64,000 nt of DNA from a virus (lineage: Duplodnaviria > Caudoviricetes): the IMG/VR virus record IMGVR_UViG_3300037067_015585, positions 1-64,000 of that record; one strand, 5' to 3'. Numbering within the stretch: position 1 is the first letter of the stretch; every line of letters starts with the position of its first letter. A program made the translations under genes and the position numbers. This document shows positions 19,106 through 26,870 of the stretch, piece by piece. The notes below the pieces were generated by a model. It did not search any database and was not told the origin of the DNA. It saw only the letters and a list, made by a program, of their open reading frames with translations.

Positions 19106-19133
19106 AATGCACCGGGGACGTCCCCGGTGCATT
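19106..19133. promoter_or_regulatory. perfect 28-bp GC-rich palindrome AATGCACCGGGGACGTCCCCGGTGCATT (operator or 5' hairpin)
   Basis: exact self-reverse-complement; overlaps the predicted TSS of the 19136-19164 promoter. Confidence 0.75.
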
Positions 19134-19135
19134 CC

Positions 19136-19164
19136 ATTATAACACGGCGAAAAATTGCTGTCAA
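19136..19164 (-). promoter_or_regulatory. consensus sigma70 promoter TTGACA-N17-TATAAT with extended -10 TG
   Basis: perfect consensus, intergenic, upstream of 18587..19084. Confidence 0.85.
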
Positions 19165-19197
19165 TACCACTAATGGGGTATTATATATCTAGTCCAT

Positions 19198-20439
19198 TTA
19201 AGCCTTCTGTAACTGCCTGTTAAACCACTCAGGACTAAGTGCACGAATTTCGACGTCGAAATCTAGATCATAACATTCGCTACTTTTTGATGTGTAGCTT
19301 GCCAAAGCCCAAAGAAGACGCTTTTCTGCTATATCTCCCGACCTACTTGGCTTTTTGACTCCTGATTTAGCCATTTCTAATAGTCTCTGTTTCTTTAAAG
19401 CCGTTTTTTCGAACCAATCAGGGCGAAGTGTGCGAATTTCGGCGTCGAATTCTGGATCATATTGCGTTTTGTTACTGTTTGTGTAGCGTGCAATAGCAGT
19501 GCCTAAATTTGTTAATTTACAAGATGGTCTCTCTTCTCCTTTTCTTGCCATTTCTAGTAATTTTTGTTTCTTTAAAGCAGACGAAGTTCTAAACATTGAG
19601 CCGTCTGGCTTTCTAATAAAAGTTTCGAACCAATCAGGGCGAAGTGTGCGAATTTCGGCGTCGAATTCTGGATCATAACTAGTTCGCGCATGACCACTAC
19701 GTGTATAGTTTTTCAATGCTATCGCAAGACGTGATTCTGATATTTCTAAAGGGCTTGATGGATGGTTAAAATTAGTTGGTCTTCCCTCTCCATTCCTAGC
19801 CATTTCTAATAGCTTTTGTTTTTTTGCTGCTACCATCTGCTTTTTTACTATTGTTGTTACAGAATTTTCAAACCAATCGTGGCGAAGTTTATGAACCTCT
19901 ATATCGAATTCTAGATCATAACAACTACTATTCTTATTAATACTGCGACTCAACACTCTATTTAAATGCTCTTCTGATTTCTCGTTTGGCTTTTTATCTC
20001 CATTCTTAGCCATTTCCAGTATTTTTTGTTTTTTTACAGCTGTTAAATTTGGTTTTGCAGCCCATTCTGGCCGTATTTCGCGAATCTGTCTATCAAATTC
20101 TGGATCATAGCTACTACTGTTTTTATGTATATAGCAGCACAACGCACCAGCAAGTTTTCTTTCCAAAACTTCTGACGGCCCAGATGGATGTGAAAGATTA
20201 AGCGGTTTTCTGGCTCCACTCTTAGCCATTTCTAATAGCTTTCGCTTTATAGGCGCTGATTTAATACGGCGAGCAAGCCAATGTGGTTGTAAAGCTAGAA
20301 TTTCCGCAGTAAATTCGACATCATAGCTTACACTATTCTCTGTAGTATATCTGCGTAACGATTCTGCAAGTTTTCGCTCTTTGTGGCTACTGCTGTTACG
20401 GCTTGGTCGTTTTACTGGCAAATATTCAGATTCTACCAT
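19198..20439 (-). CDS. repeat-only protein: SEYLPV leader + 6 PDWF-type repeats
   Basis: start MVESEYLPV at 20439; repeat consensus. Confidence 0.85.
   Translation of the reverse strand: MVESEYLPVKRPSRNSSSHKERKLAESLRRYTTENSVSYDVEFTAEILALQPHWLARRIKSAPIKRKLLEMAKSGARKPLNLSHPSGPSEVLERKLAGALCCYIHKNSSSYDPEFDRQIREIRPEWAAKPNLTAVKKQKILEMAKNGDKKPNEKSEEHLNRVLSRSINKNSSCYDLEFDIEVHKLRHDWFENSVTTIVKKQMVAAKKQKLLEMARNGEGRPTNFNHPSSPLEISESRLAIALKNYTRSGHARTSYDPEFDAEIRTLRPDWFETFIRKPDGSMFRTSSALKKQKLLEMARKGEERPSCKLTNLGTAIARYTNSNKTQYDPEFDAEIRTLRPDWFEKTALKKQRLLEMAKSGVKKPSRSGDIAEKRLLWALASYTSKSSECYDLDFDVEIRALSPEWFNRQLQKA
19407..19677. repeat. exact 55-bp intragenic duplication (19407-19461 = 19623-19677) encoding YDPEFDAEIRTLRPDWFE
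   Basis: nucleotide identity; offset 216 is in frame. Confidence 0.9.
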
Positions 20440-20461
20440 ATAATAAATCGTTGGCAAAGTA

Positions 20462-21262
20462 TTATGTATCTAAACCACTTGTAGCGGCAAGATCTAAACC
20501 GAGAGCCTCCTTATACGATTCTTTCCATCGCACTTTTGGCTCATTACTTAATTCAATGTAAACCTTTTTAACTGATTTATGAGTCTGGCCGTCCCTGATA
20601 CGTTTTATTTCTTCCTTTGATACTCCACTAACCCTCTTGCTAATCCGATTCATCTTTCCAATCCAAATGGAATCAGTCACAAAAGGCTCTATGATATCAA
20701 ATAGTTTTCGGACGTTTTCAACGTCAAGAAGAGGCTCACAGCTAATGCTTGTGGCGTAACCAGCCTCATGTGCAAATCGTAGTGATTTGAGCCGTTCCTT
20801 AAAATTTGGTGCGTCTGGTTCCCATATGCTCAAAATTCGATCATCCATACTACCTATACTAAACCGAAACAAGATTTTCTTGTGAAAAATCTCGAATCGA
20901 TTACAAATGCTTTTGATGCATTTTAGATGTGGCTTACTCACAATCAGTATCTCGTTGCCAGCCATCAGCAATTTCTCAATCACTTTCAAGCACGAATCAA
21001 GTACGTTTGGTGTAATGTCATGAGCAGTCGGAAACATAATGCGACCACCAGCAATCAATTTCCTATTTTTAGAAACTTCACCTATGCGAATGATAGGAGT
21101 TTTCCAGTCGCCCGCCGATTTGATTCGTCGAAATCGTATAGCTTGTGCTCTAGCATAGCAATAACGGCAATCATGCTCACATCCAGTCATACAATTCACA
21201 GATGCAACTGACCATTCCCTAGTTCCACTTATGCGTGTCTTCTCGTCATTTTGTTTAGCCAT
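20462..21262 (-). CDS. radical SAM protein (DUF5131/Gp37-Gp68- or SPL-like)
   Basis: N.MTGCEHDCRYCYA (CxxxCxxC), WEP.AP...ER, S.EP.L, WIGKMN; TAATG-coupled to the helicase stop. Confidence 0.8.
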   Translation of the reverse strand: MAKQNDEKTRISGTREWSVASVNCMTGCEHDCRYCYARAQAIRFRRIKSAGDWKTPIIRIGEVSKNRKLIAGGRIMFPTAHDITPNVLDSCLKVIEKLLMAGNEILIVSKPHLKCIKSICNRFEIFHKKILFRFSIGSMDDRILSIWEPDAPNFKERLKSLRFAHEAGYATSISCEPLLDVENVRKLFDIIEPFVTDSIWIGKMNRISKRVSGVSKEEIKRIRDGQTHKSVKKVYIELSNEPKVRWKESYKEALGLDLAATSGLDT

Positions 21263-24200
21263 TAAGCTGTTTTCTGTGCTGCTTGCACTAATGTGAGCTT
21301 GCAACATCCAGCAAGCATCGGTGTGTGTGATTTTTTACGTTGTGTGATTTGCCCGTCTTTGTAAAAATCAACTGAGATACCACTATGTTCAGCCAAATCT
21401 TCCATTATTTGTATCCAATTGTCATATAAATCTGTGTCTATTGTATTATACATCTTATTGGCGTATCCAACCATAAAATTCCAAACAATCAGCGCATTTC
21501 CTGATTTCTTTGCTGCAGATATACCGAGGTGGCATAGCTCTTGCCAAATACCAGTATTGGATTGAACTAAAGCGACGGTACTATCATACGATATGACGGC
21601 TGGCTTATTCCACAATCGATGAATATCAGAAAATTCTGTATTTGGATGGTGACATACAGATATATCTAATAATTCTTTCAATTCTTCTCGATCAACATTA
21701 TGATATGAAGTCGGTTTGAATGATATACCAGTCTTCACCAAATATCGGTATTCATGCCATTCCGATCCACCAAGAGTCCAAAATTCATGATCTGTTGTGA
21801 ATTTTGTGAATTTATAATAATTCAATACTTCCAACAAGAAATCGCGATATTTATTTGGACCAGCGTATCGATCACCATTCTTTCTATAAATAAACCAATC
21901 TGGTCGAAGTTCGTGGATTTGCCTATCAAATCCAATATCATAACATCGATGTTGCGGATCTGTATAATGATATAATGATCTCCCAAGGCTTGTGTGGGAT
22001 AATGGTCGTCTCGAATCTGTTTTAGCGAGCGACAAAAGCTCCGATTTTCTATTTATAACAGCACCAAACCAAGATGGTGCAAGCTTATTGATCTCATCAC
22101 AAAAAGCCTGGTCATAATAAGGGCCTTCGCTATTTGAAAAGCGGCAAAACCATATTGCAAGAGTCCTCATCTTGCGATCGTGAGAGGTCTTTCTAGGTTG
22201 TTCTGATTTATTTTTAGCAATCTGTAGTAATTCTCGTTTCTTCTTTCTGGCGACATTAATAGATCTACTATCGAACCAGTCTGGACGCAGCTTCTTGAGT
22301 TCATTATGAAATTCTAGATTATATCCACGATTGTTCTTATTAATATAGCTACTTAGAGCCATGCCGAGAGGTGTATTTTGACACGGCCTATCACCGCCAT
22401 CTCTAGCTATTTTTATAATTTTCTTTCTTTTATCCGGTGCATAATTAACGAACCATTGTGGAGCAATAACACGCAACTCTTTATCAATCCAAGGAATATG
22501 CTTATGCATCAGCATCGCCATACTTTTCTCTTCTTGGTTGCGCATACTAGGCTTATTTAGGCCAGATTTGGCTCTATCTATTAGCTTCTTACCGGTTTCT
22601 TCGATCGTTTTGACGAACCACCGAGGCGCAAGAGTTCTAATTTTATGATCAAAGTCAGGATCATATATTTTGTTTTTTGGATTAGTATAACTTCCGAGCG
22701 CAACGGCTAATGCATTTCTGTGCTTGTGATTAGTTGTCGGACGTTTTTCACCATTGCGAGCCATCTCTAACAATCTATCCTTCTTTTCGATTGCTGTATT
22801 TATAAACCACGCAGGGGCTGCAAGGCGAATCTCATGCATAAAATCTTGATTAATTCGACAATAATTATTCATTACAACAGCCAGCCGACGCATGTTGGCG
22901 TCATCAGACCCAGTACTAGGACGCTCAGCACCGCTGTAAGCTAGTCGTAGCAGCTCTTTTCTATTCTCTTCTGCAGAGTCAACGAACCAATGTGGTGCCA
23001 AAAAACGTACCTTCTCAGTAAAATCTCGATCGTAAGTGTTAGCTTTTGGATCGATATAACGGCAAAACTTTGCCCACAATCGTTTTTCCTCGTCAGTAGA
23101 ATGCCAATTGTTATTGTTAGTTGGTCGGCGTATTCCACGCTTAGCCATAGACAATAATTTTTTCTTGTTTTCTAATGCTGTATTAATAAACCATTGTGGG
23201 GCTAAACGTCGTACTTTCTTGTCGAAAATAGATCCACGATGTGTCGAATTTGTGAATTTCGATAGCACAGATGCTAATGCACGTATATGGGTGTCATCAC
23301 TATTTTGTAATGGTCGTTCACCGCCACTTCTCGCCAAATCAATAATCTCATGTTTTTTCTTTGCCAGCTTATCTTCAAACCACGACGGTGCCATAGCGTG
23401 AATTTTTATATCAAATTCATGATCGTATGTATTGGAATGCACACAAGTATAATTTACTAATGCAGTTGCAAGTCGGCGTTCCTCAGAATCTGGATTATTG
23501 ATGTGCTTGTTTGACGGTCTATCTGCACCGTTCTTAGCCAAAATAAATAATTGCTCTTTATTGTGATCTGCTGAATTTCTAGTATAATCAACCAGCATCC
23601 TCGCTATTACATCGAGGTCATTCCGACCACTGAGAATTCCAACAAAATCAGAAACACCAATTACTCTAAGCTTAGCAATTTCTTCTGCGTATTCTGCGAC
23701 GAATCCAGCGAACGATCTTATTTCAAGATTCTTATCTCGAAGTCTTATGGCCTCTTTGAGATCGATCACATCAGCTTTGTCGATTACACCAGTTTGCATC
23801 AGCAATCCTGTAACAACATCACCGCTAAGTTCGATTCCTTTTGAAGCATATAAATCGTGACACAAAATTATCAATTCTGCGGCAGACGCACCTGTTGTTG
23901 CTTTATATAGAAGCTTCTGTAAAATTTCGGTATTAATAGATACATTCGATTTTGTTCTCAATCTGGTTCGTTCAGATTCAAACCTGTGCCGATGCTTTCC
24001 TGGCAGTTCTAATATGAAAGTATCGGTGAAATCGAGGCCCTCACATATCGCCTTCAAGACGATAGCCATTGGTAGGAATGCCTTCGTAACTTCATCTCTG
24101 TCATGATCATTCAAACTGATTTCAAATATTACGACTCTTGAGTAAAACGGCGACACATGTAATTTCCGTTTTCGCCGTAGTGTCCGTCCTATGCACCTTT

Positions 24201-25329
24201 GCATGAAGAGTTGAAGTGAGCTTGTTACTCTAGGTGAGAATGTCTGTGCACATTCTGCCCAATCAACTCCCTCGTTGCAAAGCTTGATCGATATTACAGC
24301 ATCAATATCTAGTGGCATATCAGACAGGTGTGTAAATTTAATCTTGCACAACTTACCATTATCTGATACTAACGCAATACCGTCGTCAGAGCCAAGATTC
24401 AAGATCTTAAGATTTGGTAGTTTTACTAACAACATTCTCTGTAATGCGTTTGCCTGCTTCGCATTATCGACATACATCATAGTCGGCAGCGGATTTTTCT
24501 CATATTCATCTACATAGGCTTCTAATAAAGCCTTCGGATCACCTATGTTCTTGCCGTTGGCCATCTTTTCAAAATCAACTTTGTTTACACTGTGGTAGAA
24601 TCTAGCAAATACTCCGAAATCGGGGCAAAATCCCTCAGAATAATGCTGCGCCAGTGTACGCCGATATTTATGAAAATCTTTTGGTACTGGACAACCACCG
24701 TCAGTACGAAAATCTGTAGCTGTAAAGCAATGAACTTCACTGCATTTTTTATTACAAGTTCTCAATATCGATCCGAGATGACTAGCATCTTTCTCGACAT
24801 CACTATGATGGACTTCATCGACAAGCAGAACAACATCAGAAACATTCGCACCAGTATCCAGAGCCATTTTAAAAGCTCTGTAAGTAGCGACATAGATTGA
24901 ATTGTCTGGACCGCTCAAAAATTGTTTTAATGCTTTTGTTTTATGTTTCTTTGGCTCTTCAACTATTCCACCATGTGGAACGACATATTCACGGTTGCTA
25001 CCTTTTGCACAGAATCTTGAATGTGCTACATATTTGCGAAAATTATGATTGATTCCAAGCATTGGCGTTATGATGACTGTCTTCTTACCTTTTTCAGACG
25101 ACAGAGCGGCATAACTTAACATTATTGAAGACTTACCAGAACCAGTCGGAGATTCAGTGAGCGTATGTCGATTTTTCGACAGATGATCTAAGATGATGTC
25201 GTTCTGAAATTGCCACAGCGTTATCGTCTTGACTGTCCTATTGCCCAAAACGATCGTCTTCACAGGCTTATCACCAGCCAAGACACGATTCTTTACGACA
25301 ATCGTTTTCTGATCTAATCCCATAATCAT
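21262..25329 (-). CDS. SF2 helicase + 9 PDWF-type repeats + putative methyltransferase-like C-terminal domain (paralog of 11921..15349)
   Basis: ESPTGSGKS, LLVDEVHH, FTATDFR, LCNEGVD, QRCIGRTLR; repeats; EFWTLGG.EW.E / YHNVDR / VISYD / TPMLAGCCKL. Confidence 0.85.
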   Translation of the reverse strand: MIMGLDQKTIVVKNRVLAGDKPVKTIVLGNRTVKTITLWQFQNDIILDHLSKNRHTLTESPTGSGKSSIMLSYAALSSEKGKKTVIITPMLGINHNFRKYVAHSRFCAKGSNREYVVPHGGIVEEPKKHKTKALKQFLSGPDNSIYVATYRAFKMALDTGANVSDVVLLVDEVHHSDVEKDASHLGSILRTCNKKCSEVHCFTATDFRTDGGCPVPKDFHKYRRTLAQHYSEGFCPDFGVFARFYHSVNKVDFEKMANGKNIGDPKALLEAYVDEYEKNPLPTMMYVDNAKQANALQRMLLVKLPNLKILNLGSDDGIALVSDNGKLCKIKFTHLSDMPLDIDAVISIKLCNEGVDWAECAQTFSPRVTSSLQLFMQRCIGRTLRRKRKLHVSPFYSRVVIFEISLNDHDRDEVTKAFLPMAIVLKAICEGLDFTDTFILELPGKHRHRFESERTRLRTKSNVSINTEILQKLLYKATTGASAAELIILCHDLYASKGIELSGDVVTGLLMQTGVIDKADVIDLKEAIRLRDKNLEIRSFAGFVAEYAEEIAKLRVIGVSDFVGILSGRNDLDVIARMLVDYTRNSADHNKEQLFILAKNGADRPSNKHINNPDSEERRLATALVNYTCVHSNTYDHEFDIKIHAMAPSWFEDKLAKKKHEIIDLARSGGERPLQNSDDTHIRALASVLSKFTNSTHRGSIFDKKVRRLAPQWFINTALENKKKLLSMAKRGIRRPTNNNNWHSTDEEKRLWAKFCRYIDPKANTYDRDFTEKVRFLAPHWFVDSAEENRKELLRLAYSGAERPSTGSDDANMRRLAVVMNNYCRINQDFMHEIRLAAPAWFINTAIEKKDRLLEMARNGEKRPTTNHKHRNALAVALGSYTNPKNKIYDPDFDHKIRTLAPRWFVKTIEETGKKLIDRAKSGLNKPSMRNQEEKSMAMLMHKHIPWIDKELRVIAPQWFVNYAPDKRKKIIKIARDGGDRPCQNTPLGMALSSYINKNNRGYNLEFHNELKKLRPDWFDSRSINVARKKKRELLQIAKNKSEQPRKTSHDRKMRTLAIWFCRFSNSEGPYYDQAFCDEINKLAPSWFGAVINRKSELLSLAKTDSRRPLSHTSLGRSLYHYTDPQHRCYDIGFDRQIHELRPDWFIYRKNGDRYAGPNKYRDFLLEVLNYYKFTKFTTDHEFWTLGGSEWHEYRYLVKTGISFKPTSYHNVDREELKELLDISVCHHPNTEFSDIHRLWNKPAVISYDSTVALVQSNTGIWQELCHLGISAAKKSGNALIVWNFMVGYANKMYNTIDTDLYDNWIQIMEDLAEHSGISVDFYKDGQITQRKKSHTPMLAGCCKLTLVQAAQKTA

Positions 25330-25370
25330 CCCATCACAGAGGTATAAACGAATATAAACTCAGACCGTCT

Positions 25371-25399
25371 ATTATAGCACGACGAGTGTATACTATTAA
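25371..25399 (-). promoter_or_regulatory. promoter TTAATA-N17-TATAAT with GTCGTGC before -10
   Basis: intergenic, upstream of the 1355-aa helicase; shared motif. Confidence 0.65.
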
Positions 25400-25478
25400 T
25401 TCTTCACTTAGTTGTCGATATCGGTACTAAGTCGGGCAAATTAAGAGATTACTGTCGTTTCACCAACAACCAGTAACC

Positions 25479-25703
25479 TCAATTGATGTGGCTTTTAGGA
25501 ATTATGGAAGTCAAAGTCTCAAAGGTTCCCAAGGACACTACTTTAACATTTTTTCTATCAAGCTCAAACAGCGGATCGTCTGGCGACAAGCAGCCGCACA
25601 TTGACTGAACCGACTCCAAGATATATTGCTTCATTTGGCTCGATGTGACGCCATCGGGAAGATTAACACGTACTTCAAATAACGCCGTGTTATGTTTTGA
25701 CAT
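25479..25703 (-). CDS. hypothetical protein
   Basis: 74-aa ORF in gene run. Confidence 0.55.
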   Translation of the reverse strand: MSKHNTALFEVRVNLPDGVTSSQMKQYILESVQSMCGCLSPDDPLFELDRKNVKVVSLGTFETLTSIIPKSHIN

Positions 25704-25705
25704 TT

Positions 25706-26488
25706 TTAGTCTTTTTTAGCTTGCCAGCGTTTTGCTTGGCCGTTATGTATCGTTCTTAAAACGTTTCTGTTCTTATACCATTCAACAACCAAAATCCAAC
25801 CATCAGAGGTAAAATACCTAGCGGTTCTGCAGTGATGCTTAATAATCGTCAGCACAGCATACTTCTTCATAAGTTCAACTTCTGTGCTCCTGTTGAACAT
25901 TTCGTGAAGTTTATCTGCAATATAAGTATCGTCTTGCGTACATCCAGTCCGTTCTCTAAATCGATCTATCGCATGCTTGGCTATATGGATTTGTAGTCCA
26001 AATGCATTTTTACACTCCGTTATTTTGTGCTCAGTCGTAATCCTTTTCGTACATTCTATTATTGTCTTTTTTTCGTACGTGGGCGTTTTTTCTAACGACT
26101 CGACTCTTTCTCTTAATTGTTTGATTACTTCGGCGTCCTGATCTAATAATGCTTTTCTCGATTCAGCCGTTCTCCTCAGATCTCTTAACTCCCTCTCTTG
26201 TATGTGCAGCCGTTGCCTCATGAAATCATATTGTTCTTGCGTTGCCTTCGATAGATCATCATTAAGTCCAGGCAAAACGTTATCGATATATTCAGCCACC
26301 TCGGATACGCATGCCACAAGCTCGACAAACCTATTGGATGATCTGACGCTATGACTGACCATATCACTGGGCGACGGATTATTGCACATAGCAGCGATAA
26401 TCTGCTTGTCGCGGGCAAGCTTTTTTCGTTGCTTGGCTAGTATGGTGTTAAATTTAAAAATTGCTTCTTGTTTAGTTGTCATAGACAC
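25706..26488 (-). CDS. coiled-coil protein with C-terminal HAIDRFRER (BECR/RelE-like RNase-type) domain
   Basis: heptad-rich middle; HA..RF.ER...WILVV...LRTI pattern. Confidence 0.55.
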   Translation of the reverse strand: MSMTTKQEAIFKFNTILAKQRKKLARDKQIIAAMCNNPSPSDMVSHSVRSSNRFVELVACVSEVAEYIDNVLPGLNDDLSKATQEQYDFMRQRLHIQERELRDLRRTAESRKALLDQDAEVIKQLRERVESLEKTPTYEKKTIIECTKRITTEHKITECKNAFGLQIHIAKHAIDRFRERTGCTQDDTYIADKLHEMFNRSTEVELMKKYAVLTIIKHHCRTARYFTSDGWILVVEWYKNRNVLRTIHNGQAKRWQAKKD

Positions 26489-26870
26489 AACCTGGATTCA
26501 TATTGCGCCCATCGACTACAACTGTGTCGCCGTGATGGGCTATTAGAAAATGTGATAATACCGATTTGAAAGCTATAAGAGATTCATGATTCCTGGCATG
26601 AGTAGTCCATTGACAAACAAGATGGACGTTATCTGGGATATATCCCTTGTCATAGTCTATGCGATCAATGCAGATGGCCTCCATGCCATAATGTGTCATC
26701 ATCGGCACATTCGTGATCGCGCAGCGACCATCCTGCCGCTTAAAAAGGTCAATCAAAAACGCTAAATCTATTGTGCATTCGCACAGCGGATTTTCACGCT
26801 GCATACACGGTTGGTGCGTCAGACAGATAAACAAACGGTTAATAAAATCTTCTGGCGTCTCGATTTTCAT
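26472..26870 (-). CDS. HNH-like (His-Me finger) phage endonuclease
   Basis: Q.GRCAIT..PM...IDRID..KGY...NV.LVC motif. Confidence 0.75.
   Translation of the reverse strand: MKIETPEDFINRLFICLTHQPCMQRENPLCECTIDLAFLIDLFKRQDGRCAITNVPMMTHYGMEAICIDRIDYDKGYIPDNVHLVCQWTTHARNHESLIAFKSVLSHFLIAHHGDTVVVDGRNMNPGCVYDN

Larger units (their letters stand above)
8521..25329 (-). repeat. multi-gene array of ~58-70 aa coding repeats (about 50 units in 9 ORFs), HA-like
   Basis: consensus KKxKLLExAxxGxxRP...ERxLGxALxxYT...YDxxFDxxIRxLRPDWF visible in every ORF except the radical SAM gene. Confidence 0.9.

Noticed and set aside
12835-19677. Diversity-generating retroelement (TR/VR pairs)
   Set aside because: The duplicated segments are exact rather than adenine-specifically mutated, and no reverse transcriptase is present in the window.
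8521-25329. CRISPR array or non-coding DNA repeat array
   Set aside because: The repeats are protein-coding, in frame and degenerate at DNA level. There is no constant repeat with unique spacers and no cas gene.
8521-25329. Invertase-driven shufflon
   Set aside because: All cassettes are co-oriented, and no inverted recombination sites or recombinase gene were seen.
8521-25329. Canonical TALE, PPR, TPR or ankyrin repeats
   Set aside because: Unit length (~58-70 aa) and consensus do not match these 33-35 aa families.
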